NCBI GenBank assembly: GCA_018831265.1
Contig: JAHJCO010000056.1
Span: forward strand, 70,900 to 134,899
Length of the DNA stretch: 64,000 nucleotides
Source of the DNA: Actinomycetota bacterium
GTDB lineage: Bacteria; Actinomycetota; Geothermincolia; Fen-727; Anoxymicrobiaceae
Reading direction: 5' to 3'
The position numbers and the translations under genes are program-made. The notes below the pieces were generated by a model. The model worked only from the letters and a program-made list of their open reading frames with translations, made no database searches and was not told the DNA's origin. Positions 1 through 8,656 of the stretch are shown in pieces. The first letter of the stretch is position 1, and every line of letters begins with the position of its first letter.

Positions 1-17
1 CCTCGGGGTACTCCGCC

Positions 18-317
18 GTGCTGATCATCGTGCTGTTCATCACCCTGGTGGTCCTGGCCCCGGTCTGCGAGGAGATATTCTTCCGTGGGTACCTGTACCC
101 CGCCCTGCGCAACAGGATGGATCGCCAGCCGGCCATGCTCATAAACGGGCTCCTGTTCGCGGCGGCGCACTTCGAGTGGTTCGGATTCCTTCCCCGCTTC
201 CTGCTCGGCTACGGGCTCTGTTACATCTACGAGAAACAGGGGAACCTCTCCGGCCCCATCACCGGCCACGCCCTCTACAACGGCATAATCCTCCTGCTGG
301 CACTATTGAGTATCTGA
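18..317 (+). CDS. CPBP family intramembrane metalloprotease (CAAX protease self-immunity type), 5' part probably outside the window
   Basis: EEIFFRG, FAAAH and HALYN motifs in a hydrophobic ORF at the window edge. Confidence 0.85.
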   Translation: MLIIVLFITLVVLAPVCEEIFFRGYLYPALRNRMDRQPAMLINGLLFAAAHFEWFGFLPRFLLGYGLCYIYEKQGNLSGPITGHALYNGIILLLALLSI

Positions 318-439
318 GTAGCGGAAAAGGTTTATCCGACATCGTCTTTTTCCTTGACGACGTGATATTATTCCAGCAGTCAGGTCCGACGTCTGAGCAT
401 GTGGAGGGTGTTTTGAGATCCAATGGTCTTGGCGGTATA

Positions 440-1765
440 GTGTTGAAAGTCGCCCTGGCGATCGTCCTGCTCGCGGCGATCTCCGCCGGCTGCGGCGCCT
501 CCTCAGCCACTGAGGTAGAGGTCGCCCGCGTTGGGCCCCGGTCCATCTCCGAGACGGTGATGGTGGCCGGTACGACCCAGGCCGCCAGCGCGTCCCAGGT
601 GATCCCGCAGGTGTACGGCCCCGTTGCGCAGGTCTACGTGCAGGAAGGCCAGCAGGTCGTCGCGGGTCAGCCACTGGTGCAGCTCGACACCTCGGGCCTG
701 GAGCAGTCCCTGCTTTCCGCCGAGGCGAGCCTCGAGTCCACCCAGTCACTGGCCAGCATGGTCAACGGGCTCTCCGCCAGCGCCGCCGGGATCTCCTCCT
801 CCATAAACAGCGCGCTCGCCAGCGTGGACGCGGGCGTCACCAACCTCTATGAGCTGGAAAGGCTCCTGGTGCCGCTGCTGCCCGAGCAGCAGAGGCTCGC
901 CGCCCTGCAGGCCATCGAGGCAGGGTACCAGTCCTACGTGGCGCAGGCCTCCAACCGGGGGTCCATCTCCACCGGCGGGGGGGGCGGGATGAGCACGGGC
1001 GCCCAGGAGGCGGCCGCCAACAAGGCTATCGAAAACGCGCGCAAGAACCTCGCCGCTTCCACGATCGTGGCCCCGACCACGGGCACACTGGTGGCGGTGT
1101 CCGGCGGGGGCACCAGCATAGACACCATGCTCAACACCTTGATGAGCAGCTTCAGCGGGATGATGCCCTCCGGGCTCAACCTCTCCTCGCTCTCGGGGCT
1201 GACGGGGATGTCGACCATCGGAATGCCCACCGGCGGCCCCCCGGTCGCCGGGACCTACGTGTCGCCCGGGGCCCCCATATACTCGGTGGTCGACCTGAAG
1301 AACATGACCATGCATGCCAAGGTGGACGAGTCGGACATCGCGAAGATCCAGAGCGGCCAGGAGGCCGCGGTGAGCCTCGAGGCCTACCCGGGCAAGAAGT
1401 ACAAAGGCCAGGTGGTCAAGGTCGCCGACACGGCTACCACAAACGAGGCGGGGGCCACCGCCTTCGACGTGGCCATCCAGATGGACCTCTCCGACATCAA
1501 CCTGAAGATCGGGATGACCGGCACCGCGGACGTCACCGTCGCCTCCAAGAAGTCCGCCACCGTAGTACCGGTCGAAGCCGTGGTGGAGAAGCAGGGCAAG
1601 AAGTACGTCTTCAAGGTGGTGGACGGCAAGGCTCGCCTGACGCCGATAACACTGGGCCTCGTCACCGATTCCGATGTCGAGGTCGTAAAGGGCGTAAAGA
1701 TAGGCGACTACGTCGTGGTCAAGGGCACCGAGAAGCTCAAGGACGGCTCAGGGGTCAAGATATAG
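440..1765 (+). CDS. Efflux periplasmic adaptor / membrane fusion protein (MacA/YknX-like), probable lipoprotein
   Basis: Lipoyl-like motifs (V+EGQQVVAGQPLVQLD; TIVAPTTGT), beta-barrel 'VDESDIAKIQSGQ'; signal peptide ending LAAISAGC. Start moved from 176 to in-frame GTG 440 (GTG 401 also possible). Confidence 0.85.
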   Translation: MLKVALAIVLLAAISAGCGASSATEVEVARVGPRSISETVMVAGTTQAASASQVIPQVYGPVAQVYVQEGQQVVAGQPLVQLDTSGLEQSLLSAEASLESTQSLASMVNGLSASAAGISSSINSALASVDAGVTNLYELERLLVPLLPEQQRLAALQAIEAGYQSYVAQASNRGSISTGGGGGMSTGAQEAAANKAIENARKNLAASTIVAPTTGTLVAVSGGGTSIDTMLNTLMSSFSGMMPSGLNLSSLSGLTGMSTIGMPTGGPPVAGTYVSPGAPIYSVVDLKNMTMHAKVDESDIAKIQSGQEAAVSLEAYPGKKYKGQVVKVADTATTNEAGATAFDVAIQMDLSDINLKIGMTGTADVTVASKKSATVVPVEAVVEKQGKKYVFKVVDGKARLTPITLGLVTDSDVEVVKGVKIGDYVVVKGTEKLKDGSGVKI

Positions 1766-1864
1766 CCGGCTTCGTAGACCGCCGCCAGAGCGACCCCGGT
1801 CCGGGGGGAATCCGACACATTGGGGAGCCCGGTGCGGCGCGGGCGGCCCCGTAAGGCATGCTAG

Positions 1865-2623
1865 ATGGACGCTGTTATCGAAGCTGCCGACCTGGTGAAG
1901 CACTACCGGATGGGCGACCAGGTAGTGGAGGCCCTCAGGGGCGTCTCCCTGGACGTGGGCCGGGGCGAGTTCCTGGTTATCATGGGCGCCTCAGGCTCCG
2001 GCAAATCCACCCTGATGCACATCATGGGCTGCCTCGATCACGCCACGACCGGCACGCTCACCCTGGACGGCATGGATACCGGCAGTCTCGGTCCCAACGG
2101 GCTCGCGGAGATACGAAACCGCAGCATAGGCTTCGTCTTCCAGCAGTTCAACCTCCTGGCGCGCACATCGGCGGCCAGCAACGTCGAGCTTCCCCTCCTC
2201 TACAGCGGGGTCGGAACGCTGGAGCGACGAAGGCGCGCTCGCGAGTCACTGGATATGGTCGGCCTGGGCCACCGCCTGGGGCACTACCCGAGCCAGCTCT
2301 CCGGAGGGGAGCAGCAGCGTGTGGCCATAGCCCGGGCGCTGGTCAACAGGCCGCCCATCATCATGGCCGACGAGCCCACCGGGAACCTGGACTCCTGCTC
2401 GGGGGCGGAGATCCTTGCCATCCTCCAGGACCTCAACAAGGAGGGCATGACCCTGGTGATGGTGACCCACGAGCGTGACGTCGCCGAGCACGGCGACCGC
2501 ATTGTCCACCTCCGCGACGGGAGGATGACCGGCAGCGAGGAGGTGGAGTCGTGCCGCGACGCGCATCAGACGGCCAGGATGCTCGCCGAGGCCCGGCTCA
2601 TGGTGGAGGAGGCTGAGAGCTGA
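1865..2623 (+). CDS. ABC transporter ATP-binding protein (MacB/LolD-like)
   Basis: Walker A GASGSGKST, LSGGEQQRVAIARAL signature, DEPTGNLD, H-loop VTH. Confidence 0.95.
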   Translation: MDAVIEAADLVKHYRMGDQVVEALRGVSLDVGRGEFLVIMGASGSGKSTLMHIMGCLDHATTGTLTLDGMDTGSLGPNGLAEIRNRSIGFVFQQFNLLARTSAASNVELPLLYSGVGTLERRRRARESLDMVGLGHRLGHYPSQLSGGEQQRVAIARALVNRPPIIMADEPTGNLDSCSGAEILAILQDLNKEGMTLVMVTHERDVAEHGDRIVHLRDGRMTGSEEVESCRDAHQTARMLAEARLMVEEAES

Positions 2624-2637
2624 AGCTGCTCGAAAGC

Positions 2638-3831
2638 GTGCTGACAGCCCTTGGGGCGCTGCGGGCCAACAAGATGCGCTCGGTGCTGACGATGCTGGGG
2701 GTGATAATCGGCGTCGGCTCGGTGATACTGCTGGTCTCGCTGGGCTCCGGGGCGCGGGCCGAGATAACCCAGACCATCCAGGGGATGGGCTCCAACCTGA
2801 TCGTGATCGTCCCCTTCAAGCTCGACCTGGGCAACACCAACTTCATGCAGCAGGGGGCGCCCCAGTTCGCGCTCAACAAGTTCACCCAGAAGACCATAGA
2901 GGACGTCGGCCGCGCGCTCGAAGACCAGGAGCGCGTGAGCGGGGAGATCCAGCGCTCGATGTACATGAACGCGAACGGCAATCGGTTCTTCGGGCTCATA
3001 TACGGGACCGGCTACAACGAGTTCGACATCCGGTCCCTGGGGATAGAAGAGGGCAGGTTCTTCAACAAGGCTGAGGATGACTCGGGAAGGCTCGTCGCGG
3101 TCATCGGCCGGACGGTCGCCGACGCGCTCTTCCCGGGGCAGGACCCCATCGGGCAGTTCATCAACATCAAGGGGCGTAAGTTCAAGGTGATAGGCGTCCA
3201 GGAGCTGAAAGGGCGGACCCTGTCCTTCGACATGGACTCCTTCACCTGGATACCCATGACCGCGGCCATCAAGCTGTTCGGCACAAACCACCCCAACATC
3301 ATCACCGCCAAGGCGGGCTCGACCGACTCGGTGGCCTCGGACGTGATCGCCATCGAGAAGGCCCTGAGCAAGACGCTCTCCTCCGACGAGTACTCTGTCA
3401 TAACCCAGAGCGACATCCTGGACTTCGCCCAGAGCATCACCAAGATACTGACCTACCTGCTGGGCGGGCTGGCCGGCATCTCCCTGCTGGTCGGCGGCAT
3501 CGGCATTATGAACATAATGCTGGTATCGGTGACTGAACGCACCCGCGAGGTCGGCATCCGCAAGGCGGTGGGCGCCAAGACGCGCGACATCATGATGCAG
3601 TTCCTGGTGGAGGCGGTGACGCTGAGCGTGCTGGGCGGGACCATCGGGGTGGCGCTCGCGGTGCTGGGCTCGGTTCTTTATACCAGCATCTTCCACCTCA
3701 AGGCCCAGGTCACAGCCTGGATAGTGCTGCTCGCCTTCGCGTTCTCGATGATGGTCGGCATCTTCTTCGGCGTCTACCCCGCGCGCAAGGCCAGCCGGCT
3801 CGACCCCATCGAATCCCTGCGCTACGAGTGA
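2638..3831 (+). CDS. ABC transporter permease, MacB/FtsX family
   Basis: RSVLTMLGVIIGV, GGIGIMNIMLVSVTERTREVGIRKAVGA, YPARKASRLDPIESLRYE; true start may be CTG at 2620. Confidence 0.95.
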   Translation: MLTALGALRANKMRSVLTMLGVIIGVGSVILLVSLGSGARAEITQTIQGMGSNLIVIVPFKLDLGNTNFMQQGAPQFALNKFTQKTIEDVGRALEDQERVSGEIQRSMYMNANGNRFFGLIYGTGYNEFDIRSLGIEEGRFFNKAEDDSGRLVAVIGRTVADALFPGQDPIGQFINIKGRKFKVIGVQELKGRTLSFDMDSFTWIPMTAAIKLFGTNHPNIITAKAGSTDSVASDVIAIEKALSKTLSSDEYSVITQSDILDFAQSITKILTYLLGGLAGISLLVGGIGIMNIMLVSVTERTREVGIRKAVGAKTRDIMMQFLVEAVTLSVLGGTIGVALAVLGSVLYTSIFHLKAQVTAWIVLLAFAFSMMVGIFFGVYPARKASRLDPIESLRYE

Positions 3832-3862
3832 CTAAGATAGGGGTCAGGCACGAGTCAAGTCA
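3829..3862 (+). repeat. 34-bp REP-like element, copy 1
   Basis: TGACTAAGATAGGGGTCAGGCACGAGTCAAGTCA; its TGA is the permease stop codon. Confidence 0.8.
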
Positions 3863-3886
3863 TTATGGGAGGATGGCGGTCGAACG

Positions 3887-4390
3887 ATGCGAAACGTGGA
3901 GCTCAAGGCCAGGTTGGACGATCCGGATGCGGCCGAGCGCATCGCCCTTCGTCTTTCAGGCTCGACCGCGCCACGCGTGCTCATGCAGGTGGATACCTAC
4001 TTCGTTGTCCCTGCCGGCCGGCTGAAGCTTCGGGAGGCGGACGAAGGCGCCGAGCTCATTTACTACCACCGAGGTGATACACCCGGCCCCAAGGAAAGCC
4101 AGTACAGGATCGTGCCTGTCGGCTCTCCCGGACCTCTCAAGGAGCTCCTGGGAGCGTGCCTGGGGGTCAAGGTGGTGGTGCGCAAGACCCGACGGCTCTA
4201 CCTGGTGGACTCGGTCAGGATACATATCGACGAAGTCGAGGGGCTGGGCAGCTTCCTGGAGTTCGAGGCCTTGCTCGGGGAAGGGGACCCGGCTGAAGAT
4301 GGCTACAGGTTGGTAAGGCGTCTCATCTCCGAGTTCGACCTGGTTGATGGAGACCTGATTGCCGAGTCCTACGGCGAACTGATTGACTAA
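3887..4390 (+). CDS. CYTH domain protein (class IV adenylate cyclase / CyaB-like)
   Basis: N-terminal ExK motif (NVELKAR), QVDTYF, LKLRE, IHIDEVEGLGSFLEFE, C-terminal SYGEL. Confidence 0.9.
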   Translation: MRNVELKARLDDPDAAERIALRLSGSTAPRVLMQVDTYFVVPAGRLKLREADEGAELIYYHRGDTPGPKESQYRIVPVGSPGPLKELLGACLGVKVVVRKTRRLYLVDSVRIHIDEVEGLGSFLEFEALLGEGDPAEDGYRLVRRLISEFDLVDGDLIAESYGELID

Positions 4391-4417
4391 GATCGGGGTC
4401 GGGCGGGATTCAGGTCA
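4384..4417 (+). repeat. 34-bp REP-like element, copy 2
   Basis: TGACTAAGATCGGGGTCGGGCGGGATTCAGGTCA; contains the CYTH stop (TAA 4388-4390) and, on the minus strand, the transposase stop (4415-4417). Confidence 0.8.
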
Positions 4418-5257
4418 TGTCCTTGAATAGGACCTTATCAGTCTGCTGATCTTCGTCTGATTGGTCCCGAGGAAGTCCGCGATCTCCGACTGCTTGTATC
4501 CGTGGTCGTGGTATGCAGAGAGGACCGCCTGATCATCCGGCGGCAGCGTGTCGCCGAACAGGTCCGAGAGGGGTCTCCTGATTGTGGCCTGGAGCGCTCT
4601 CCACAGCTCAGGCGGAGCTCCATCGGACCTCAAGCGCTCAGCCACCATCTGTGCATAGGAATCGGTCGAGAGAAGGAAACCGCCTCGCAGGTCATTCCAG
4701 ATGTTGTCTTCCAGGCCATCCATCACGAATTGCCTGTATTGCTCTCTGCCGTCATCCTCGCCGTTAGCGAAATATGCGAGGGTCTGGGCTGTCGACAGGA
4801 AGGGGTATTTCGCGTTGCCCCCGGTCGCCTGGTAACTGCTCCACCTCCAGAAACCCGGGTCTGATACCAACCCGGCCCGTACCGGATTGAGGACGATGTA
4901 CCGTGCGACCGCAAGGAAGTAACTGTCCTTCTCGACGACTATCGATTTGAACCTGCCCTGAAACACATGCCCCGTCCTGTCGCGCCTCTGGTTGTAAAGT
5001 TGTGCGAACCTACCGTTCAACTGCTGCATTCCCGCGGCCAGGTTCCCCACCGGCGTTTCGAGCAGCAGGTGGTAGTGGTTGTTCATCAACACGAAGGCAT
5101 GACAGATCCAGGTGAATTCACCTACGGTCGCTTGAAAAGTAGAGAAGAAAAGCCTGCGGTCGTGAGTCGAGTCCAGGATCGGGGCTTTGGCGTTGCCACG
5201 GGACGTGATGTGGTAGACGGCGTCAGGGTATTCAATTCGCAGCGGCCTGGGCATCAT
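4415..5257 (-). mobile_element. HUH/Y1 transposase (IS200-like Y1_Tnp, RAYT-like) with C-terminal HTH
   Basis: MPRPLRIEYPDAVYHITSRGN start, HUH motif NNHYHLL, GHVFQGRFKS, YIVLNPVRAG, WRWSSY (catalytic Tyr); C-terminal GYKQSEIADFLG HTH. Confidence 0.92.
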
Positions 5258-5329
5258 TGCCTCCTTTCATTCCCCAGTCCGACTATAACAAACCAAGCTA
5301 AAGCAGTGCAAGCGGAATTGGAATGGATG

Positions 5330-5398
5330 TGACTTGAATCCTGCCTGACCCCGGTTTTAGTCAGTGACTTGACTGCCGCCTGACCCCTGTTTGAGTCA
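5330..5398 (-). repeat. 34-bp REP-like elements, copies 3 (5330-5363) and 4 (5365-5398), tandem
   Basis: Minus strand TGACTAAAACCGGGGTCAGGCAGGATTCAAGTCA and TGACTCAAACAGGGGTCAGGCGGCAGTCAAGTCA; the TGA of copy 4 is the recR stop. Confidence 0.8.
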
Positions 5399-5995
5399 GA
5401 GTTCGCGGCGGCCGTCCATGGCGCGGCCCAGGGTGACCTCGTCCGCGTACTCGAGGTCCGCTCCCACGGGCAGGCCGCTGGCGATGCGGGTGACCTTCAC
5501 GCCCAGGGGCTTGAGCAGCTGGGCCAGGTAGATCGCGGTGGCCTCCCCCTCGGTGTTCGGGTTGGTGGCCACAACCACCTCGGTGACCGTACCGCCCTCG
5601 AGCCTGCCCAGCAGTTCGCGGACGCGCAGCTCGTCCGGGCCAATGCCGTCGATCGGGGATATCGCCCCGCCGAGCACGTGGTAGCGTCCGGCGAAGCGTG
5701 CGCTCCTCTCTATGGCGATCAGGTCCCTCGGTTCCTCTACCACGCAGATCACCGAGGGGTCCCTGCGCTCGTCGGCGCATACCCGGCACAGCTCGCCCTC
5801 GCAGACGTTGAAGCAGACGCCACAGTAGCTCACCCTGTCCTTGAGCTCTTGTATGGCACGGGCGAGCGCGGACGCCTCCTCCGCTGATACGCTCATGAGG
5901 TAGAAAGCGATGCGCGAGGCGGACTTGGGGCCGATGCCGGGAAGCCGGCACAGCTCGGCCACCAGGTTCTCGACGGGCTCTGCGTAGAACTCCAT
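5396..5995 (-). CDS. recR: Recombination mediator RecR
   Basis: [17 protein letters not shown]4 zinc finger, TOPRIM motif [24 protein letters not shown]. Confidence 0.97.
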   Translation of the reverse strand: MEFYAEPVENLVAELCRLPGIGPKSASRIAFYLMSVSAEEASALARAIQELKDRVSYCGVCFNVCEGELCRVCADERRDPSVICVVEEPRDLIAIERSARFAGRYHVLGGAISPIDGIGPDELRVRELLGRLEGGTVTEVVVATNPNTEGEATAIYLAQLLKPLGVKVTRIASGLPVGADLEYADEVTLGRAMDGRREL

Positions 5996-5997
5996 GG

Positions 5998-6348
5998 CTA
6001 GACGCCGGGCAGCCCGAGCCCCCCGGCCAGGCCGCTCATGCGCTCCTCAGCGAGCTGTCCGGCCTTCTCCAGGGCGCCGTTAACAGCAACCAGCACCAGG
6101 TCCTCCAGCATGGAGACGTCCTCCGGGTCTACCGCGGCCGGGTCGATAGTGATCGACAGTATCCTCTGGTGGCCGTCGGCCACAACCACGACCGCCCCGC
6201 CCCCCGCCGCATACTCGACGGTCTCCTGGGCGAGCGCCTCCTGGGCGACCTGCATCTGCTCCTGGACCTGGGCAAGCTGCTTGAGCATCTCGGAGGGGCT
6301 GGCCTTTCCGCCCTTCGGTCCCTTGGGGTAGTACTTTCCTTTCGACAA
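5998..6348 (-). CDS. ybaB: YbaB/EbfC family nucleoid-associated protein
   Basis: [29 protein letters not shown]; position between dnaX and recR. Confidence 0.93.
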   Translation of the reverse strand: MSKGKYYPKGPKGGKASPSEMLKQLAQVQEQMQVAQEALAQETVEYAAGGGAVVVVADGHQRILSITIDPAAVDPEDVSMLEDLVLVAVNGALEKAGQLAEERMSGLAGGLGLPGV

Positions 6349-6355
6349 GAGAAAC

Positions 6356-8224
6356 CTATCCTTCCTCGTCTTCCACTATCTCCCCGGAGAAGCGCTCGGC
6401 CACCTTTCGCGCCATCTCCCTGGTGCCCTGCGGTTTTGATCGCTTCCCGCCGGCCGGCTTCGCCGGCTTCTCGGGCGGTGGTGTTTCCTCGGGCTCCGGC
6501 TCACCGGGGGTATCCGGCGCCCGCGCCTCTTCGGCATCGGCCACCTCCTCGGTAGTGCCCCCGGGCGGGCCTTCCGGCTCGCGCGGCGCCTCCACCTTCA
6601 CCTCCGCGCGGCCGGCGGGCGTCTCCGGCCCCGCGCCCTCTATGGAGATCTTGATCGGCTCGCCCACGACCTTCTCCCAGACCTCCTCCACACGAGCGAG
6701 CTCACCCGAAGATGTAAGCCTCTCCATCTGGAACGTGGAGGCGGGCCCGAACGCCAGGACCAGCCTTCCACCCGAGGCGGACCTTATGCGAGCCTCGGTG
6801 AGCAGCGTGTACACCTTCATCTGGCCCTGCTTCTTGAGCTCCGCGAGCACCGCCATCCAGGCCCGCCTGGCCCTCTCCCGCTCCGGGCCGCCGACCTGCC
6901 CGCTCTTCACCACGGGCACCTCCGGCCCCGGTGCAGGCTTCGGCTCAGGGGGCTTCGGGGAGGGCCCGACCTCCACCGGGGTGGGGGGTGCCACCGCGGG
7001 TACCTCGGCCGCGGTCCCCGCGGACGGAGGGCGCTGTAGCGCCGGGGGCGCCGCGGCGCTCCCGGGCGAGGCCAGCGCGCTCACCTTGCGTTCGAGCTGA
7101 TCGATGCGAAAGGAGAGACCGTCCATGGTGATGTCCGCCTCCAGGGCGGTCGCTTTCACCAGCGCACACTCGAGGACGAGACGGGAGTGTTCGCTGTGAC
7201 GCATCTCCCGGTGGGCATCGCCCAGGCGCTCGATCAGCCTGATCACCTCGTAGCGCCGCATCCTGGCCGCCTGCTCGTTCAGCTTTGCGAAATGGTCCGA
7301 TGTCGCCTCCACTATCTCCGAGGGGTTCGCGGCGTTCTGGACCAGGAAGAGGCTTCTGAGGTGCGCTATCAGCGACTCCACGAACCGGCGGGGGTCCTTG
7401 CCACCCTCCACCATGAGCCCCACCAGCTCCAGCGCGCCCGGGGTGTCCCTCTCCACCAGGACGTCCACCATCCGGAAGACCAGGTCGCTCTCGACCTCTC
7501 CCAGAAGCTCGGCCAGCACCTGCCCTGTCACCCTCTGGCCGGCCATGCTGGATATCTGGTCCATCACGCCGATGGCGTCGCGAACCGAGCCGTGCGCGTG
7601 CTCGGCTATCATGGCCAGGGCCTCGGGCTCGATGTCTATCCCCTCGCGCCCCGCGATGTGCTCCAGCAGCCGGCTCATGTCCGGTGCGGTGACCAGGCTG
7701 AAGTCGAACCTCTGGCAGCGGGACACTATGGTCGGCAGCAGCTTGTGCGGCTCCGTTGTCGCCAGCACGAACACCACGTGGCCGGGTGGCTCCTCCAGCG
7801 TCTTGAGCAGCGCGCTGGAGGCCTCGTTGGTAAGCTGGTGCACCTCGTCGATTATGTAGACCTTGCAGCGCAGGGCCGAGGGGGTATAGGGGATCTTGTC
7901 CAGCAGGTCGCGTATCTCGTCGATGCGCCTGTTGCTGGCGGCGTCTATCTCGATGACATCCAGCGCGGTCCCCTCGGAGATCGACACGCACGCATCGCAG
8001 ACGTTGCAGGGGGTCGCGGTCGGGCCCTCGATGCAGTTGATGGCCTTGGCCAGGATCCTGGCCGTGCTGGTCTTGCCGGTCCCCCGCGGCCCCGAGAACA
8101 GGTAGGCGTGTACTACCCGGTTGCTCGAAAGGGCGTTGGCCAGGGTGTTGGTCACGTGCCTCTGACCAACGACCTCCTGAAAAGTCTGGGGCCTCCACTT
8201 GCGGTACAGAGTGACGTGTTCCAT
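6356..8224 (-). CDS. dnaX: DNA polymerase III subunit gamma/tau
   Basis: LYRKWRPQTF, GPRGTGKTS, EIDAASNR, IIDEVH, SRCQRF; start set at ATG 8224 because the ORF-track extension runs into the SRP RNA. Confidence 0.97.
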   Translation of the reverse strand: MEHVTLYRKWRPQTFQEVVGQRHVTNTLANALSSNRVVHAYLFSGPRGTGKTSTARILAKAINCIEGPTATPCNVCDACVSISEGTALDVIEIDAASNRRIDEIRDLLDKIPYTPSALRCKVYIIDEVHQLTNEASSALLKTLEEPPGHVVFVLATTEPHKLLPTIVSRCQRFDFSLVTAPDMSRLLEHIAGREGIDIEPEALAMIAEHAHGSVRDAIGVMDQISSMAGQRVTGQVLAELLGEVESDLVFRMVDVLVERDTPGALELVGLMVEGGKDPRRFVESLIAHLRSLFLVQNAANPSEIVEATSDHFAKLNEQAARMRRYEVIRLIERLGDAHREMRHSEHSRLVLECALVKATALEADITMDGLSFRIDQLERKVSALASPGSAAAPPALQRPPSAGTAAEVPAVAPPTPVEVGPSPKPPEPKPAPGPEVPVVKSGQVGGPERERARRAWMAVLAELKKQGQMKVYTLLTEARIRSASGGRLVLAFGPASTFQMERLTSSGELARVEEVWEKVVGEPIKISIEGAGPETPAGRAEVKVEAPREPEGPPGGTTEEVADAEEARAPDTPGEPEPEETPPPEKPAKPAGGKRSKPQGTREMARKVAERFSGEIVEDEEG

Positions 8225-8269
8225 ATCACCAACCCGGACGCGCGGTTCCGATTCCACCTCAATTAAAGT

Positions 8270-8540
8270 GACTGTGCACCCACCTTCGATCCCGGGAATC
8301 GGGCGCCGCCACGACAGCCAGCTCCAACCAGGTTGCTCCACGGCACACGGAAGGTTTTGCTTACCGCTGCTTCCTCCCGGACCTGACGGGGTTCACAAAT
8401 TCCCGTTGCGTGGGACCCAGCCTTCAACGCCGCTTATCGTGACGTCGACACCTGCCCCCTGGTGACCTCCGGTGGGAGTTCGGCCCCGCTGTAGCGGATT
8501 GCGGGTACAGGGCACCGCTAGCTCCCCACCTAGCACAGTC
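8270..8540 (-). ncRNA. ffs: Large (Alu-domain-containing) bacterial SRP RNA, about 271 nt
   Basis: Minus strand has helix 8 core GTGAACCCCGTCAGGTCCGGGAGGAAGCAGCGGTAAGC, a Bacillus scRNA-like 5' Alu segment GGGGAGCTAGCGGTGCCCTGTACCCGCAATCCGC, and complementary ends GACTGTGC / GCACAGTC; lies upstream of dnaX. Confidence 0.93.
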
Positions 8541-8546
8541 TGAAAC

Positions 8547-8616
8547 AGTATACGACAAAGGAGTTACACGCGCGACGACTCACACGGGCGGGTCCAGGGC
8601 CCCCAGAGTATATAAT
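8547..8616. promoter_or_regulatory. Divergent -10 elements for ffs (TATACT, minus strand, 8547-8552) and the amidase (TATAAT, plus strand, 8611-8616)
   Basis: Consensus-like -10 hexamers placed appropriately upstream of each gene; -35 elements not clear. Confidence 0.5.
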
Positions 8617-8656
8617 TGTGTTTTCCCGGGGCTCGCCGGTCCCGATACCGACCGGA

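Noticed and set aside
6356-8224. Programmed -1 frameshift producing a gamma subunit
   Set aside because: No A-AAA-AAG-type slippery site or poly-A run seen in dnaX
8225-8341. N-terminal extension of DnaX in the ORF track
   Set aside because: Overlaps the SRP RNA; homology begins at MEHVTLYRKWRP
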